Assembly: GCF_000315625.1 (NCBI RefSeq)
Contig: NW_005434670.1
Span: forward strand, 620,016 to 684,015
DNA from: Guillardia theta CCMP2712
Lineage: Eukaryota > Protista > Cryptophyta
Length of the DNA: 64,000 bases
Reading direction: 5' to 3'
How positions within the stretch are numbered: position 1 is the first letter of the stretch; the number at the start of each line of letters is the position of its first letter. Below are positions 35,101 through 47,675 of this stretch, piece after piece. The notes beneath the pieces are model-generated. The model saw nothing but the letters and a program-made list of their open reading frames with translations, did no database searches and was not told where the DNA came from. The translations under genes were made by a program, and so were the position numbers.

Positions 35101-38100
35101 CTAGCTGCAGGAAACTTCGATCTCAAACACTGGCCAACGGGTGGAGCCGAGGTATGCCGGGTAGGACTGATTGAGGATGGACGCTGCATCCCCTTGGCCG
35201 AAGCTGAAGAAGAGAAGGCGATAGGTCGCACTCGTGGCGTTCTCTATGCGTAGATCCGTAAAGGCAGCGAAGCCAGCAAAGGGGTCGACCCTTGCAGTCA
35301 AGTTGCCGGTAAGGTTTCCTTGATGTCTGCCGACAAGTCAGTTACCCGCTGTTAACAAACAAATTCACTCACCCAAGGCACCTCCACGGCTTGTCGATGT
35401 CAACACAGGACGAAGCGAGCACGACGGCGATGCTCGCGTTTGCAGTGAGATCTACCTCTGCTGGTAAGTCGCCGAAGGTAGCAGAGGGCAGGTGACGGAG
35501 CAGCCTGATCCTGATAGGCGACAGCTCGCCAGCTTCACAGGAGGTAGCGTTGAGGAGCTGAAGGCTTCGGTTCCAACAGTCCTGGTAGCACCTCACCCCA
35601 CAGCAAGATGATCTCAAGTCCTTGGTGTTGGAGCTGACCTCGCCAGCTGACGCGTTGCAGTACCTGAGGCACTCAGCGATCTTGGATCCAGCGTCCTGGT
35701 CATACGAACAGGAGTGCAAGGCACGATTCATGTCGCAGATGTTGGCGGAGGTCAAGCAGAACTGCTCGGTAGCGACCCCGGCACTTGCTGTGGTCTCTGT
35801 GTGGACCGTAGACAGGAAGGAATGATGGACACGGACCTGTGGGAGGTATACACTCGTCGTGACATTGACATCGTCGAACTTCGCCTCGCCGACCGGGTTC
35901 ACCAGTGTGAAGTTCACAGTGTACAGTCGCTCACGCCTCACTCCCTGACCGATTAACCGGAGGACCACTCGGCCATGTTCTCTCTCGAAGACGCAGTAAG
36001 GGTGAAAGGCACCCTCGGGGTAAGAGTCGCACTTGAGTCTGTTGCTGCTCCTAGTCTGCATGTTGCGAAGCCCCGAGAGCGTTATGTTGGTGAAGGACGC
36101 GGGTAAGTCCGAGTTCCACATGAGCTGGACTTGAAACACATTGGATAGTCCTGGGTAAGGAGAAAGATAGATCAGCCTCGGGTCGATCGCCTTCATAGCC
36201 AGTGCGTAAAGAGGAGCCCCGGCTCTCGGAACCCCGAGGATGGAAGAATTCGATTGTACCATGACCGTTGCGGTGAGGTACGAGTCGAAGTTGCCGCACT
36301 CGATCATGACGTCCATACTCAGGTTCTTGGGGAATACAGCAGCCTCATCGGGCTGTATCAGGCTGAACCAAAAGATGTTCAACTGATGTGATAGTGTTCC
36401 CTCCAATCCAACCGAGACAGACAATTTCCCGTCTCCAACGTTCCATGCAGATACGGTCTGATGCGAGAAATTCCCGTAGACATCAATGTGGTTTACATTG
36501 CTGCCCGTTCCAACTAGACCCAAGACACGGATTGTTGAAAGATGTGTTATGTTGCAGTTGGAACTGAAGTAAACTCTGAGGGTGTTGTTTTTGTCGGGGA
36601 GGAAGGACAACTGCCTAATGAAAGCGATCTCTAGTACAGGTATGATCACATAAAGAGGAAGTGAGCCATTGACCACACCATAACGTGATTCAAACACATT
36701 CGACATGAGCGAGGTGTTTAGAATTCCGCTCCTCTTCTCAGAAATGTTCAGGTGGGTCTCGATTGTTGCATTAATGCTTACGTAGACATGATCTTGCGCT
36801 CTGTCATTATTGCGAAGTTCCACCTCTACTGTGTAATTTTCATCCTTTTTCAAGCCGTCATTGGTGACATGCAACACTAACATGCCATCCTCCTGAAGCC
36901 ATGTAGACAAGTTCCTAATGCTATCAATTGGTTTGTAATTGCTGGTACGGACCACAGGCAATGCAGCATCTGCTGTCAGACTGCGGACCAAACCACTTAT
37001 CGTAATGTTCGAATCCTGAACCAGGTCGAAGTTCATTTGGAGAACAACTTTAAGGATATTAGAAGCTTGATACAGGGGATTGTTTTGAGAAACTTCTTGA
37101 ATGTTGAATGAGACGTCAAATACAAGAAGTGGTCGCTTGCCTTGATGTATCCCGAATACAGATTCATTCGATGTATTGATGAGCTTTGATTCAACAGGGG
37201 AAAAATCCTGAAATACAGAAGCCACCTCTGCTTCAATAGAAATGTTCGGAGGGGGTTGCGATGATCGGGTGTTGTCAATGTAAAACCAGAATGTATACAC
37301 ATACCATTTCGAGAAGCTCACATTCCCCACTGTGAAAGTCAGAGTGTGGTTTTCTTGAGTCCAATCTGTTGTGATGTGCGATATTGCGCTCAGCGTATCA
37401 TCCGTTGAAGAATAAAGGGATATTTTCCTTGGCGCGTACATGCCAAGCATGCTCTTCAGAGTAATTGTAGTGTAAGGCGTGAATTCACAGCTCGTTTGCA
37501 AAGCTATCAGCAAAGAATTGGAAGAACCAGGGAAAGGGTGTGACTGTTCGAGCTTGGTGAAAGTCAAGTAGGGAACGTGTATTAGCAATGGATGGGAGCC
37601 ATTGACAATTTCGTAAATATCATATGTGACTTTGTTCATCTCATTGAAATACATAACAGATAGCTCCTTGTATTCGTTTCTAACCGACAATCCAATACTT
37701 ATTGTAGGAGACGCATGATTGTTCTTTGGATTTGTCAAATTGAAACGAACTTCAATATCACGCTGCACCAAAAGATTGACATTCGAAACCTTTGTGCTGT
37801 TCATCAACTGTGCAAATCCACATGATGAAGACGAACAGAACCGATCGAACGACTTTACAGAAACTATTGAAAGAATTCCTTGCGACCAGTTTCCTGAAGT
37901 CCCAAAAACGTCATCAGTGGAAACAACAGGAATTCCTTCTTGAAACTCAATGGCAGACCCCGTCAGACCAATCAAGCTAACGCTGGAACCTTCCGAGATG
38001 TCACAATTTGGTCGGAGACGAAGTGAAATCTCATTGACAACTGAATGAAGAGGAGTACTCTGCCAAATGTCCCGGACATGAAAAAGCGGGACAATAATCT

Positions 38101-41100
38101 CCAAGGGGTTCGACCCGTTGTACACGCCCCGCCAGTAGATACCCTCCTTCTCTGCCTCCGCCTCGTAGATCCGCGACAGGTCCCCGTACGGCCCTACTAC
38201 CGTCCCGTTGATCGTCACCGCCGGCGATGCCTGCGCCGTAGCCGGGTTGGTCAGGTTGAACGTGATCACTACCTCCGTCGCCTCGTTGGAGGTCGATAAG
38301 TCGAAGCGAAGCCAGTCCGCCGCCGCCGTCAGCTCTAGTACCCCGTCCCCTGACGTCCACGCCCCCGTCGTCCCCAGTAGCCCTCCCGTCGTGCTCACGC
38401 TCAGCGCCGTCTCGTCTATGGTCTGCGACCCCGTCAGCCCGCGCAGCGTTATCTTCGACCCCTTGCTGATGTCGCACGTCGCCCTCAGCGTCACCGTGAT
38501 GAGGTTGAGCACCCCCGCCAGCGGCGTGTCCTGCCTGATACTCACGTCCAGCTCCGGTACGATCACCTGCAAGGGGTTCGACCCGTTGTACACGCCCCGC
38601 CAGTAGATACCCTCCTTCGCTGCCTCCGCCTCGTAGATCCGCGACAGGTCCCCGTACGGCCCTACTACCGTCCCGTTGATCGTCACCGCCGGCGATGCCT
38701 GCGCCGTAGCCGGGTTGGTCAGGTTGAACGTGATCACTACCTCCGTCGCCTCGTTGGAGGTCGATAAGTCGAAGCGAAGCCAGTCCGCCGCCGCCGTCAG
38801 CTCTAGTACCCCGTCCCCTGACGTCCACGCCCCCGTCGTCCCCAGTAGCCCTCCCGTCGTGCTCACGCTCAGCGCCGTCTCGTCTATGGTCTGCGACCCC
38901 GTCAGCCCGCGCAGCGTTATCTTCGACCCCTTGCTGATGTCACAGTTTGCCGTTAAGGTTATTGTTATCTTATTTTTTGTTTGCACAAAAGGGTTGTCCT
39001 GTGATATTAATGTTTTAGTGAATGTAGGTACGATTGTCTTCAGTGGTTCGCTTCCGTTTATCACGCTGAGCAGGGAGGTTTTTTCTTTTTCAACAAGTGT
39101 TTTTTGTGTAAAGGAATCATATTGTCCAGATTCGATTCGAACTTGTATTGTTATCAATGGAGAGCTTTGAGTATTTGTTGGATTGCTTAGATTAAAGAAT
39201 ATCTCGTAAGATGAATTGTTCAACGAGTTCCTCGTTGTCACAATCATTGTGCCATTGCTCAACCATTGACCCACGGAAGCACCGCTTTGCTCAAATACAA
39301 TGGGAAGATTTTGATCATCTCCGCTTGTGCTTCCTGTCAAACCTTCGATCAGGATGACTGACTCAGCAGTCAATTCACAATTCAGGGCAAATTTGAAATA
39401 AATGGTGTTCAATGCTGAAGCTAAAGGTGTTGTCTGTCCGGAGAGGGTGTAAGATATGGACGGTTGAACAACATACAAAATTTTCCCACCCGACGGAATT
39501 CCGAACGAATCTAAAGCATCAGATGTCATCTCTGTCAACGGAAACGAGCAATTTGGAGTGTTGACACTGATATTAACATTTGATCCGATGAAGCCTTCGG
39601 ATGGATTTCTCACATCCAAATAAAATGAGAATGAATCACCCGAATAAATGTCAAAAGGCAATAATAGTTCAAAAGTTCCATTCGCAAACATGCCTTCAAT
39701 ACTCTGTCCACTCGTGAGATGGACACTGACTGTACTTTCAATGACGTAATGATCAATTCCAAAGATTCGGATTGTCGTAGGGGTCAACAGATCAATATTG
39801 CTTGTTATTTGAACATCTAAGCGATTCGATGCACTTGTCAACGGGTTGGATTGCTGTACTTTGCTCACATCTAAGGTGGGTTTGACAATGCGCATTGGGC
39901 TGCTTCCATTAACAACGCCCAAAACTTTTATAGAGGAAACTTCCATTTGAATCTGATCAAGTTGCGCGATGAGGACATAATCTGTAGCTAAAATGTCACC
40001 TTGAATAAAGATACTTTGTGAAGGTTGCTCAATCCAAGAATTCTCCAGGGAAACCTCAAAGTTGATCAGAGTTTGAGATGGCACGGTGCCCTCAAAAGTC
40101 AACAGCAACCTTCCAGAATCTTGAGCCCAAGATGCATTTATTGAGGTCTGAGGAGTAATGATCTGAACAGGGAAAGATTGCGCAGTCAAAGTGCTACTTC
40201 CGATTAAGCCTGAAATGGTGAAAGCAGAACCAGGAGACAACTCATAATTTATCGCGACATCGAATGTAATCCGATTAAGTCCCAAGGCGATGGGATTACT
40301 TTGTTCTGCATAACGTGTTAGGAAAATAGGCAGCCGTACAGTCAAGGGATCTGTGCCATTCGTGATCCCAAAAAGCGTCTCGTGTGGTTTTAACATCAGT
40401 GAAAGGGGAATTAAAGAGTCATGGATTCCACTTTCTATCGTCATGCCTATTGAAATAGATGGAGAGTCCGAATCTATTGAAGGATTCTGAACAACAAATT
40501 GTAAGGATACTACTTCCGAAGCTTGAATGGTTTGAAGAGACTGGACGATCAAAGTTCCGTTTCCTTGATACCACTCCGGGTTCTCTTGAAACACGCCCTT
40601 GGTCGATTGTAAAACTATCTGGCCAAAGCTTTGTGTTCCCGTCAAACCAATGATGGTCAAAAATGAATTCGGTGTAATGTCGCAGGAAAAACTTATCGTC
40701 ACGTTGATAAGATTCGCAGAGTTGGGAACGGTTGTGTTTTGCAAAATAAGTTTGGCCGTGAACTCCGGCTGCACAATTAGAAGAGCATTTGCTCCGTTGT
40801 CAACTCCCAACAAAGAACTATTGGGTGAGTTTAGCAAGGCGGGTCCGATGACTTCAGAATCGTTGCATGAAATGTATATGGCAGGGTTGAGCTGCGCAGA
40901 AGAAGGGTTTTGGATGAGGAAATAGAAAGAATACTGAGTGTTAGCTGTCAAGGCTTCTGTTGAAAAGAATTGCATCGTCCAGGAATTATATTCCCATACA
41001 GCAGTAGCGGCTGTGTTCAGATCCCAGAACAAAGAAGCATCTTGCCCCAACAACTGGACAGTTGATGTGACAATCGCATTTGTCAATCCTGACAATTCGA

Positions 41101-41290
41101 ACGAAGCTCCTGCTGAAATGTTCTGATCCAAAGAGAATGTCAGGTTGAGGTAGTTTGAGGCGTCTGTCAGAGGGTTGGTCTGACTGATCCTCTTCACGAC
41201 GAAGCTCCCCCCTGCGCTGGTTGCAACATTCGAGAGAACCAAGATTACCGTCAAAAACAAGTGCACCCCACGTTTACTTCCAGGGACCAT
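35101..41290 (-). CDS. Giant secreted/surface protein with ~12 beta-rich repeats of ~150 aa
   Basis: 5.9-kb exon with a signal peptide (HLFLTVILVLSNVATSAG). Repeating QxxP..N.I....N.D....S.ITI.GL.GS..W...G.L.L...F.L.NP..Q.SP...GV.NG..PL unit; many NxS/T sites; Cys-rich segment near the C-terminus. 3' end approximate. Confidence 0.85.
38102..38941. repeat. Near-identical intragenic direct repeat (372-bp blocks, period 468 bp), GC-rich
   Basis: 38102-38473 vs 38570-38941 differ at one visible base (EAEKE vs EAAKE). Confidence 0.95.
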
Positions 41291-42140
41291 CTTCAGGGCA
41301 GCCAGTCGGATCCTCAAGAATCAGGATGCAGCATGAAGAAGCAAGGAAGCGAGCGCACTCCTCTCCTCCTCCATCCCGCCGCCCCTCTCATCCCTGCGCT
41401 CCCCTAACCCCATCGCTCAGATTGTGCGCCATCGTGACTCGAAGCGACAGCGCTCCGTAGCTCCAGTCGGTCCAGGCCTGCCGATGACCCACTGCCGATG
41501 ACCGATGACCATCGGACTCTTGCCGACTCTGTGACCGGGCCCGGCCGGTTGAGGCCAGCGGGCCCCACCGGCGTCACGGTCCGGTCGTACTTAAGTCTTG
41601 ATTGTCCTCGTACTGATTTGAATTTCGAGGTAGGAATAGTCGGCGACTCGCCTCCCCGCCGGGTGACACTGTCGCACAGGCCCGGCCATCACCCCCTTAC
41701 TACTACAGTCATCATTTGAGTGTCAAGCGGCTGAGAGGAAGCGGCCTGCCCTGACCGGGGGCCGGGCGCCGGCCGGGCCGGGCCGTGGCGTCATGAACCG
41801 CCCGGCTGCCGACCGGCGGCGGGCCGCCGGCCCGGCCCGGACGGTGTCCGATCCCGGCGGCCGCCCCCGCGGCCGGCTAGATGATTAGCCTCGGATCACC
41901 CGGCGATGTGATCTACCCGGGGGGGGCCGCGTACTCGCACAGGCCATACGGCAAGAACTTCAGTGGAGCCTACACTGTGAGACTCGGCCTCAGTGAGAAC
42001 AAACCGGGCCGGCCGGGGCCCGAACTTCGGAACCCAAAACTCCGAAGCCTTATTTTTTATTTTGGTGTAAAACGTGAAAAAAACTTTGACGTGGGGCCTG
42101 ACACGCTCCTTTCACAGAAGAGTTGCATGGCAGGGCGATA

Positions 42141-45100
42141 ATGCGGGGAATGGCAGGAGGAGAAGCGGCGGCAGCACTGCTGGTGCCACTGCTAGGCGTC
42201 ATGCTTCATTCCTGCCTGGCCCAAGACATCCAGCCGACTTGCTGCCCGGACCTCATCTACACCAATGGGCAAAGAACGTGCTGCCGGTGAGGCAACGAAA
42301 AACAACCTGGCCATTGACATCTTGTGGTTTGATCAGTGCGGAGGATTGTTCTTCATGCAGACAAATAACAGGATTTCTTTCAGATATGTCTTAGAAAACT
42401 AATTGACATTAGATCTTCAGGGAGGGAGGTGTTGAACAACGTCACTGTTCAAAAAGATATCAGCATCACCTTGGAAGCGGTTCCTTTTGGTACTTTGTGT
42501 CCCTCTCCAGACCTATCGAATCCTGAAGGAATCATCCTCTTTTTCTGTTTCCTGCCTGTTTATTTTTGATATCGACAGGAGTGTTATGCAAGAGGATCTG
42601 TTCAACTACTACAACTCAGCATGATTTTGTTTTCCATCGTGTGGTACTGAACATGCGCACAAGCGTGTACACGAGGAGGCATGACCTATCGTTTCAATCA
42701 GGCTGCATCCAATTTGATGTATGATACCGAACAATGTCCAGATTGTTGCTTGCCAAACTTCGCCAGCGAAGTAATGCCATGCTCTAGGTCAAACTTCTTT
42801 TGGTCACCATGAACACCTGACTGTAAGAGCAGAGATTGCAACCTAGGAGATGTGAAGTGTTTCGTTTGTAGCAGCGATTCTCCTGATTCCACCAGAGGAA
42901 AGCAATGCACTGGGTATCTGGACTCTTCCTGCAGCGTACTTCTCTCTCTCATTTAACTATAGCTAACAGGATAATGCTTACCAGGTACAGAACACTGCAG
43001 GAATATTTCAGGGTAAATGCGTTGGTCATACTTGTACCCGCTACAAATTTTTGCTTTCATGGAATTTATTCGAAAGGTGTCAGACTTGATTGTCTATCGT
43101 TTCTATCTACTGTTTGCAACAGTATTGAATTAATACTGAATCGTATTTCACAGCTTTCAAATCAGGATATTTGCACCTGCTAAGTACATGTATACCTGGA
43201 AGCCCACGAAATCGGGCATCTTAATCTTGCACTATCGGGTTGACACCAGATGCTGCTGATTTGTGCTTCAGTCATTTGTTTGAGTACCAGGTTCGCTTGG
43301 GGCCTGATAGGTATGCCTGCTGTCCATATGCAACGGAAACATGCTGTCTATCGAGCGCTGGCGCAAGTCTGGGCTATGTGAGCACGAGGCTCTGTAATGG
43401 ACCTTCGTCATGCAGCGACGGAAGTACTTGCTCTGGTGAGACAATGCTCAGAACTTGTCCTATCGAAGTTACACGCGTCTTCGTAGCAAAGTGTAGCTGC
43501 CCTTCATTTGTTTCTCAATCTCGTCTTGGTTCTGTACAAGGGCAGATTCCGTCGGGAGATCAGTCATGTTGGGTTGCTGCAGGTAAGCAGACGTGAAGGA
43601 GCGTGGTATTCCAATCTTACTCTTTAATTCTCTGCAATGCCACAGGGCAAACTGACGGAGATTTCTGCTTGATGTACAACATACTCTACCAGATCAACAT
43701 AGACATGGTTAAATTTCATTCAGTGACAGGTGAATTTACTTCAGATTCCTTTCAAGCTTTGTAACATCAAGTCAGACAAATTGACGGTTGTTCTTTTCTA
43801 GGGTTTGGACAGGGGTTAAAAATGTTAAGCGATATTCAAAAGGTCAATCAGAACATTAGACCCGATGCTCCCGGTCTCCATGAAGTCAAGGTAAACCTTG
43901 AATTGTTCAAACCAGGCCTGACGGGGTTTCAGCTTACTAGTGAGGGATTGGTTCTAGATGTAGAATTTGCCTCTCCTGTATCAGCTGGGCTATCTTACTC
44001 GTTGGAAGGAGTCACTTTCGACGTATAATCCTTTTTGATCTTACATCATATAAGAAAAGCACAGATCTTTGGGCCAGCTACTTCGAAGATGTCCTTAGTA
44101 TGCTCAGGATCCTATGAAGCACTTTTGAACCCAACATCTATGACGATGCGATCGTACATTCTACCAAGTACAGCAGGTCAGGGTGATTTGCTGTTTCAAA
44201 GATGTCGGAGGGATCTCCTTCACGTAATCTTTGTGATTGTTAAATTCAGGCTCAAATGAGCAGAGCACGATGTCGTTGAGCCCATCTTGCATGGTTGCTT
44301 CTCGGAGGTTGCTACAGGGGAAAACTCACATTTCTGTAGGCACAAACATCCTGCGAAACTTGCCTTGCCTTCACATTTAACGGACTTTTATGTGAATGGA
44401 ACCCAATGATCCGACAGTGTGTTCAGCAAGGAACTTCTTCGATCGTCATCAAGTTGAACCAGTGCGTGGCCAGCCCTCCTCCATTGACAGGGAGCAAAGG
44501 TGAGGGATGTTCGATTCTGAAATGACCAGACTCCTGACCATGTTGTTTTCAACCCCAGAGCTTGCAAAAAGCTTTGGTCCCATCATTGCAACCTTTTTCA
44601 TCATAGGGACTGTGGTGCTGGCTTACGTGTACAACACAAGGTACTAGGAACGTGTGTAGGAGGATGGGTCCACTAAATCTCAGCTGTTCTGTCGGATCAG
44701 ATACGCAAACAATCAAGCCCCCATGATAGAGCGAGAAAGTAATTTGATCCGACATTCAGACAAGTACGAACAGAAGAGGTATGTTCTACCTTTTCTCTCG
44801 GTCGGGACGGGTTGTCACATTTCAAAGGCATTGGGATCCTCGACTGGTTCATCCAAGACCGATTGAAAGGGGACCCAAGGGTGAAGTGGACTACCAGAGG
44901 TAACAAGAGGGCATGTTGACGTGCAATGTTAGTTTAACGAGAAAGCTTCTGTATTCTGTGTGATACCAAGTATTTCGTAACACGAAAACTGATTGTTTTA
45001 ATTGCAGTGAGGTCATGCAGAAACGGCTCGAGGACCCCAAGACTCCTTACCATTTGATGGATGAGGAGACGGTTGCAAGACATCATGAGAAGCATGGATA

Positions 45101-45165
45101 TGTCACGGAAACACAAATATTATCCTGAGGGTCACAAATATGTACCCCTCTTGTGCCTTATTTGA
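42141..45165 (+). CDS. Multi-exon Cys-rich type-I membrane protein (hypothetical); 3' end approximate
   Basis: Signal peptide MRGMAGGEAAAALLVPLLGVMLHSCLA; Cys-rich exons (CCPD, CPDCCLP, CFVC); late TM segment FGPIIATFFIIGTVVLAYVY. Confidence 0.55.
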
Positions 45166-45231
45166 AATCGAGATGGTTCTCAATGCGTGAGACAGTAAAA
45201 GTTGTTGTAATCCATTCAAAAGACAAGAAAT

Positions 45232-46395
45232 TTACACGTTATTCTTCGAAGCCAGCTTTTTCTGCATACAAGTAAGACGATGAAGAATTCTGTGTACTGA
45301 AAGTACCGCATCATCTTCTGCTTGTTTCTCTTTCAAAACTTGAGCGTTAGTTTCCTTTTCCATGGCCTTGGGAGGCAGCGATTACAGCCCCGAACTCTGC
45401 CTCCACTTCACCTCACCTGATCTCTTGCCTTGTACTTCTCCTGCATGTTGTGCAATGTCCTCTTGGCCTGATGGTAACCATTCAGCATGCGACAGGACAC
45501 GTTCAACGGATTGCCTCTTGTAAGCTCTTGTGCCTGCGGCTCTTTACGACCAACTCAGTTGACAAGGTTTCCCTCTCAGAATCAACCTTGTCGAAACAAC
45601 AGTCAACATCCAAGCAAAGACAAACATTTTGTCATGTGCACCATATCCTTGTCGTCGATCGATTTTAGCAGCTCCTGATGCGACTTCTTCTGAGTTGTAG
45701 CAATCTTATTCTGGAGGCTCCTGATTCGCATCTTGATCTTCAAAGCCTTTTCTTTGAGTGCAGTAATCTGCACGGGAGGTCGGCAAGTCATGAGATTTCT
45801 CCTTCATATCAAGATGTCGTACCTTCAAAGACGATTTCTGAACATCTTTGAGGTCCCGTGCAAACCCAGACTTGGCACCGAGGGCCTCCTTCTTAATACG
45901 AACTAAGTTCTTCTCAAGATCAGCAACTCGATCCAGGTCAGATCTAAAATTGTCATCATGCTATCAGTTCGAACTGAACGATGGAAACGACAGAGCTCAA
46001 CTGCTCACCGAGCAATTGAAATGTCATCTGCAGCCCTCATACGAAGCAGGTGGGCTCTTGTTCGCTCTAATTTCGATCTGTAGTTTAAGCTGTCTTCCTT
46101 AATCCGAAGTCTTCGCATACCCTGTCAGTTCGAATTCCAACATCAGCACAGCTCCACCTAAACCGTTGAGGGAGTTTTCACTCACCTTCCCCCCAAGTTT
46201 GACTTGACTGTTACCAACTCTAGACGAACTAGCCAGGTCTTCGTTTGCTTGCAGAGACAAACTGCTCTCTTGAGCATTCCACATCTCTCCGCGGCTCATG
46301 AGAGCAGTTCTCTTCCTGTTCTCACCCGATGCGACTAATAAGACGATCCCTATCGCTATTGTCGCTCCCACCATAGCCGCGTAGCGCCAAGCCAT
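45232..46395 (-). CDS. Signal-anchored coiled-coil hypothetical protein
   Basis: MAWRYAAMVGATIAIGIVLLVASGENRKRTALM; K/E-rich spliced exons (ITALKEKALKIKMRIRSLQNK); ends ...KKLASKNNV*. Confidence 0.6.
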
Positions 46396-47675
46396 TTTTG
46401 CCAAGAGACGCCAATCCGTTACAGGGAATAGAATTCGTTACTGCCATCTTTCTGAGTCCGGAAAGCCTCTTCGACGGACTCCCGGAGCGGCGAGCCGCAG
46501 CCGCGGGCCCGGCCGCGGCCGCCCCGCCGGGCCCGGGGCGGCACAGGGCGGCGCCGGGCCTGGACTCCCGGCGTAGGCCGCTGCCCGGCACTCGGTGCCG
46601 TTCACCCGAATGATAGCCCTGAACTTATCGGAAGAGCGCAGTGACCCGGTCCGGCACAGCGGAACTTCGCCGAACTTCGGATCCGAGGGCATCCGCCGAT
46701 CATCGAATGCATAGGCCCCCCGGCTTTCTTCCCATCAGCTTTCCGAGCCTGTCACAGTGGTGGGCAGGCTGGCCGGGATCATCGCTCGGCGAACAACTTG
46801 GCAAAGGAGATCCGGGATGCCACCGTCCCCCGCCGCTGACAGTGAGCGCTGGATGCCGGGCCTCCGAGGCTCGGCCCAGGCTATGCCTGTGAGTCAGCCC
46901 GTAACCGTGATTTGCCATCCGGAGCCGATCCGACTCAGCGGGACCGCGACCGCCGGACCATCAAAACCCGGAGTCAAGTTCAACGGCGGCTAAGGCTTAC
47001 GGTAACGCGGCGGGCCGCCGCCGGCCGCCGGCGGCCCGCCAGTGTCGGACCGGGCCGGCCCGGGCCTTACCGGTGGATTGGAGATGCCAGGGTGGGGGTG
47101 GGGAATGCTGGCGTGGGGGGTGGGTATCCAATATGGCTTGAAGGCTGGTAGCTCTGTGACCACAGGGTTGAGACAACGTCGCCTTTATGAGGCGCAAACT
47201 AAAAGGGGGGGTGGTCTGAATCCAAGGCGAGTGCCGTGTGTACATCTAGGGGTACTCTTGTGGCTTATGAGTGGGTAGGGGTAGTAGAGTTTTCATCATG
47301 AGGTGGGGTGGGAATGTCCTTCTGGAAATCGGCGACATGAGAGCGCAACTGTGGCATGCAGGAGAGAACCGAAGGAGAAGGATAAGTGTGTGACAGAATG
47401 GCTGAGGAGGAACGTTGTGAACAGTCAAGATGAAACGTATGCATCAGAGTTTGCAGAAGAAACAGGCGATATCAGCAGCAAACAGACAGAGAAGGGGTGA
47501 AGAAAGTGAGGGGTGTAGACTAATTGTCTGTTGGGTGTTTTGAGGTATGTTGGCCCATCCGTGTGTTTGTTTATGGTAAGACAATCAGAAGATAGAAATC
47601 AATTTGAACGGCTTCTGTCTCAACCTCTCGTGTCAGCCTCTGGTTGGGTGGCTCACAATTGAATCAGGTTGCACT

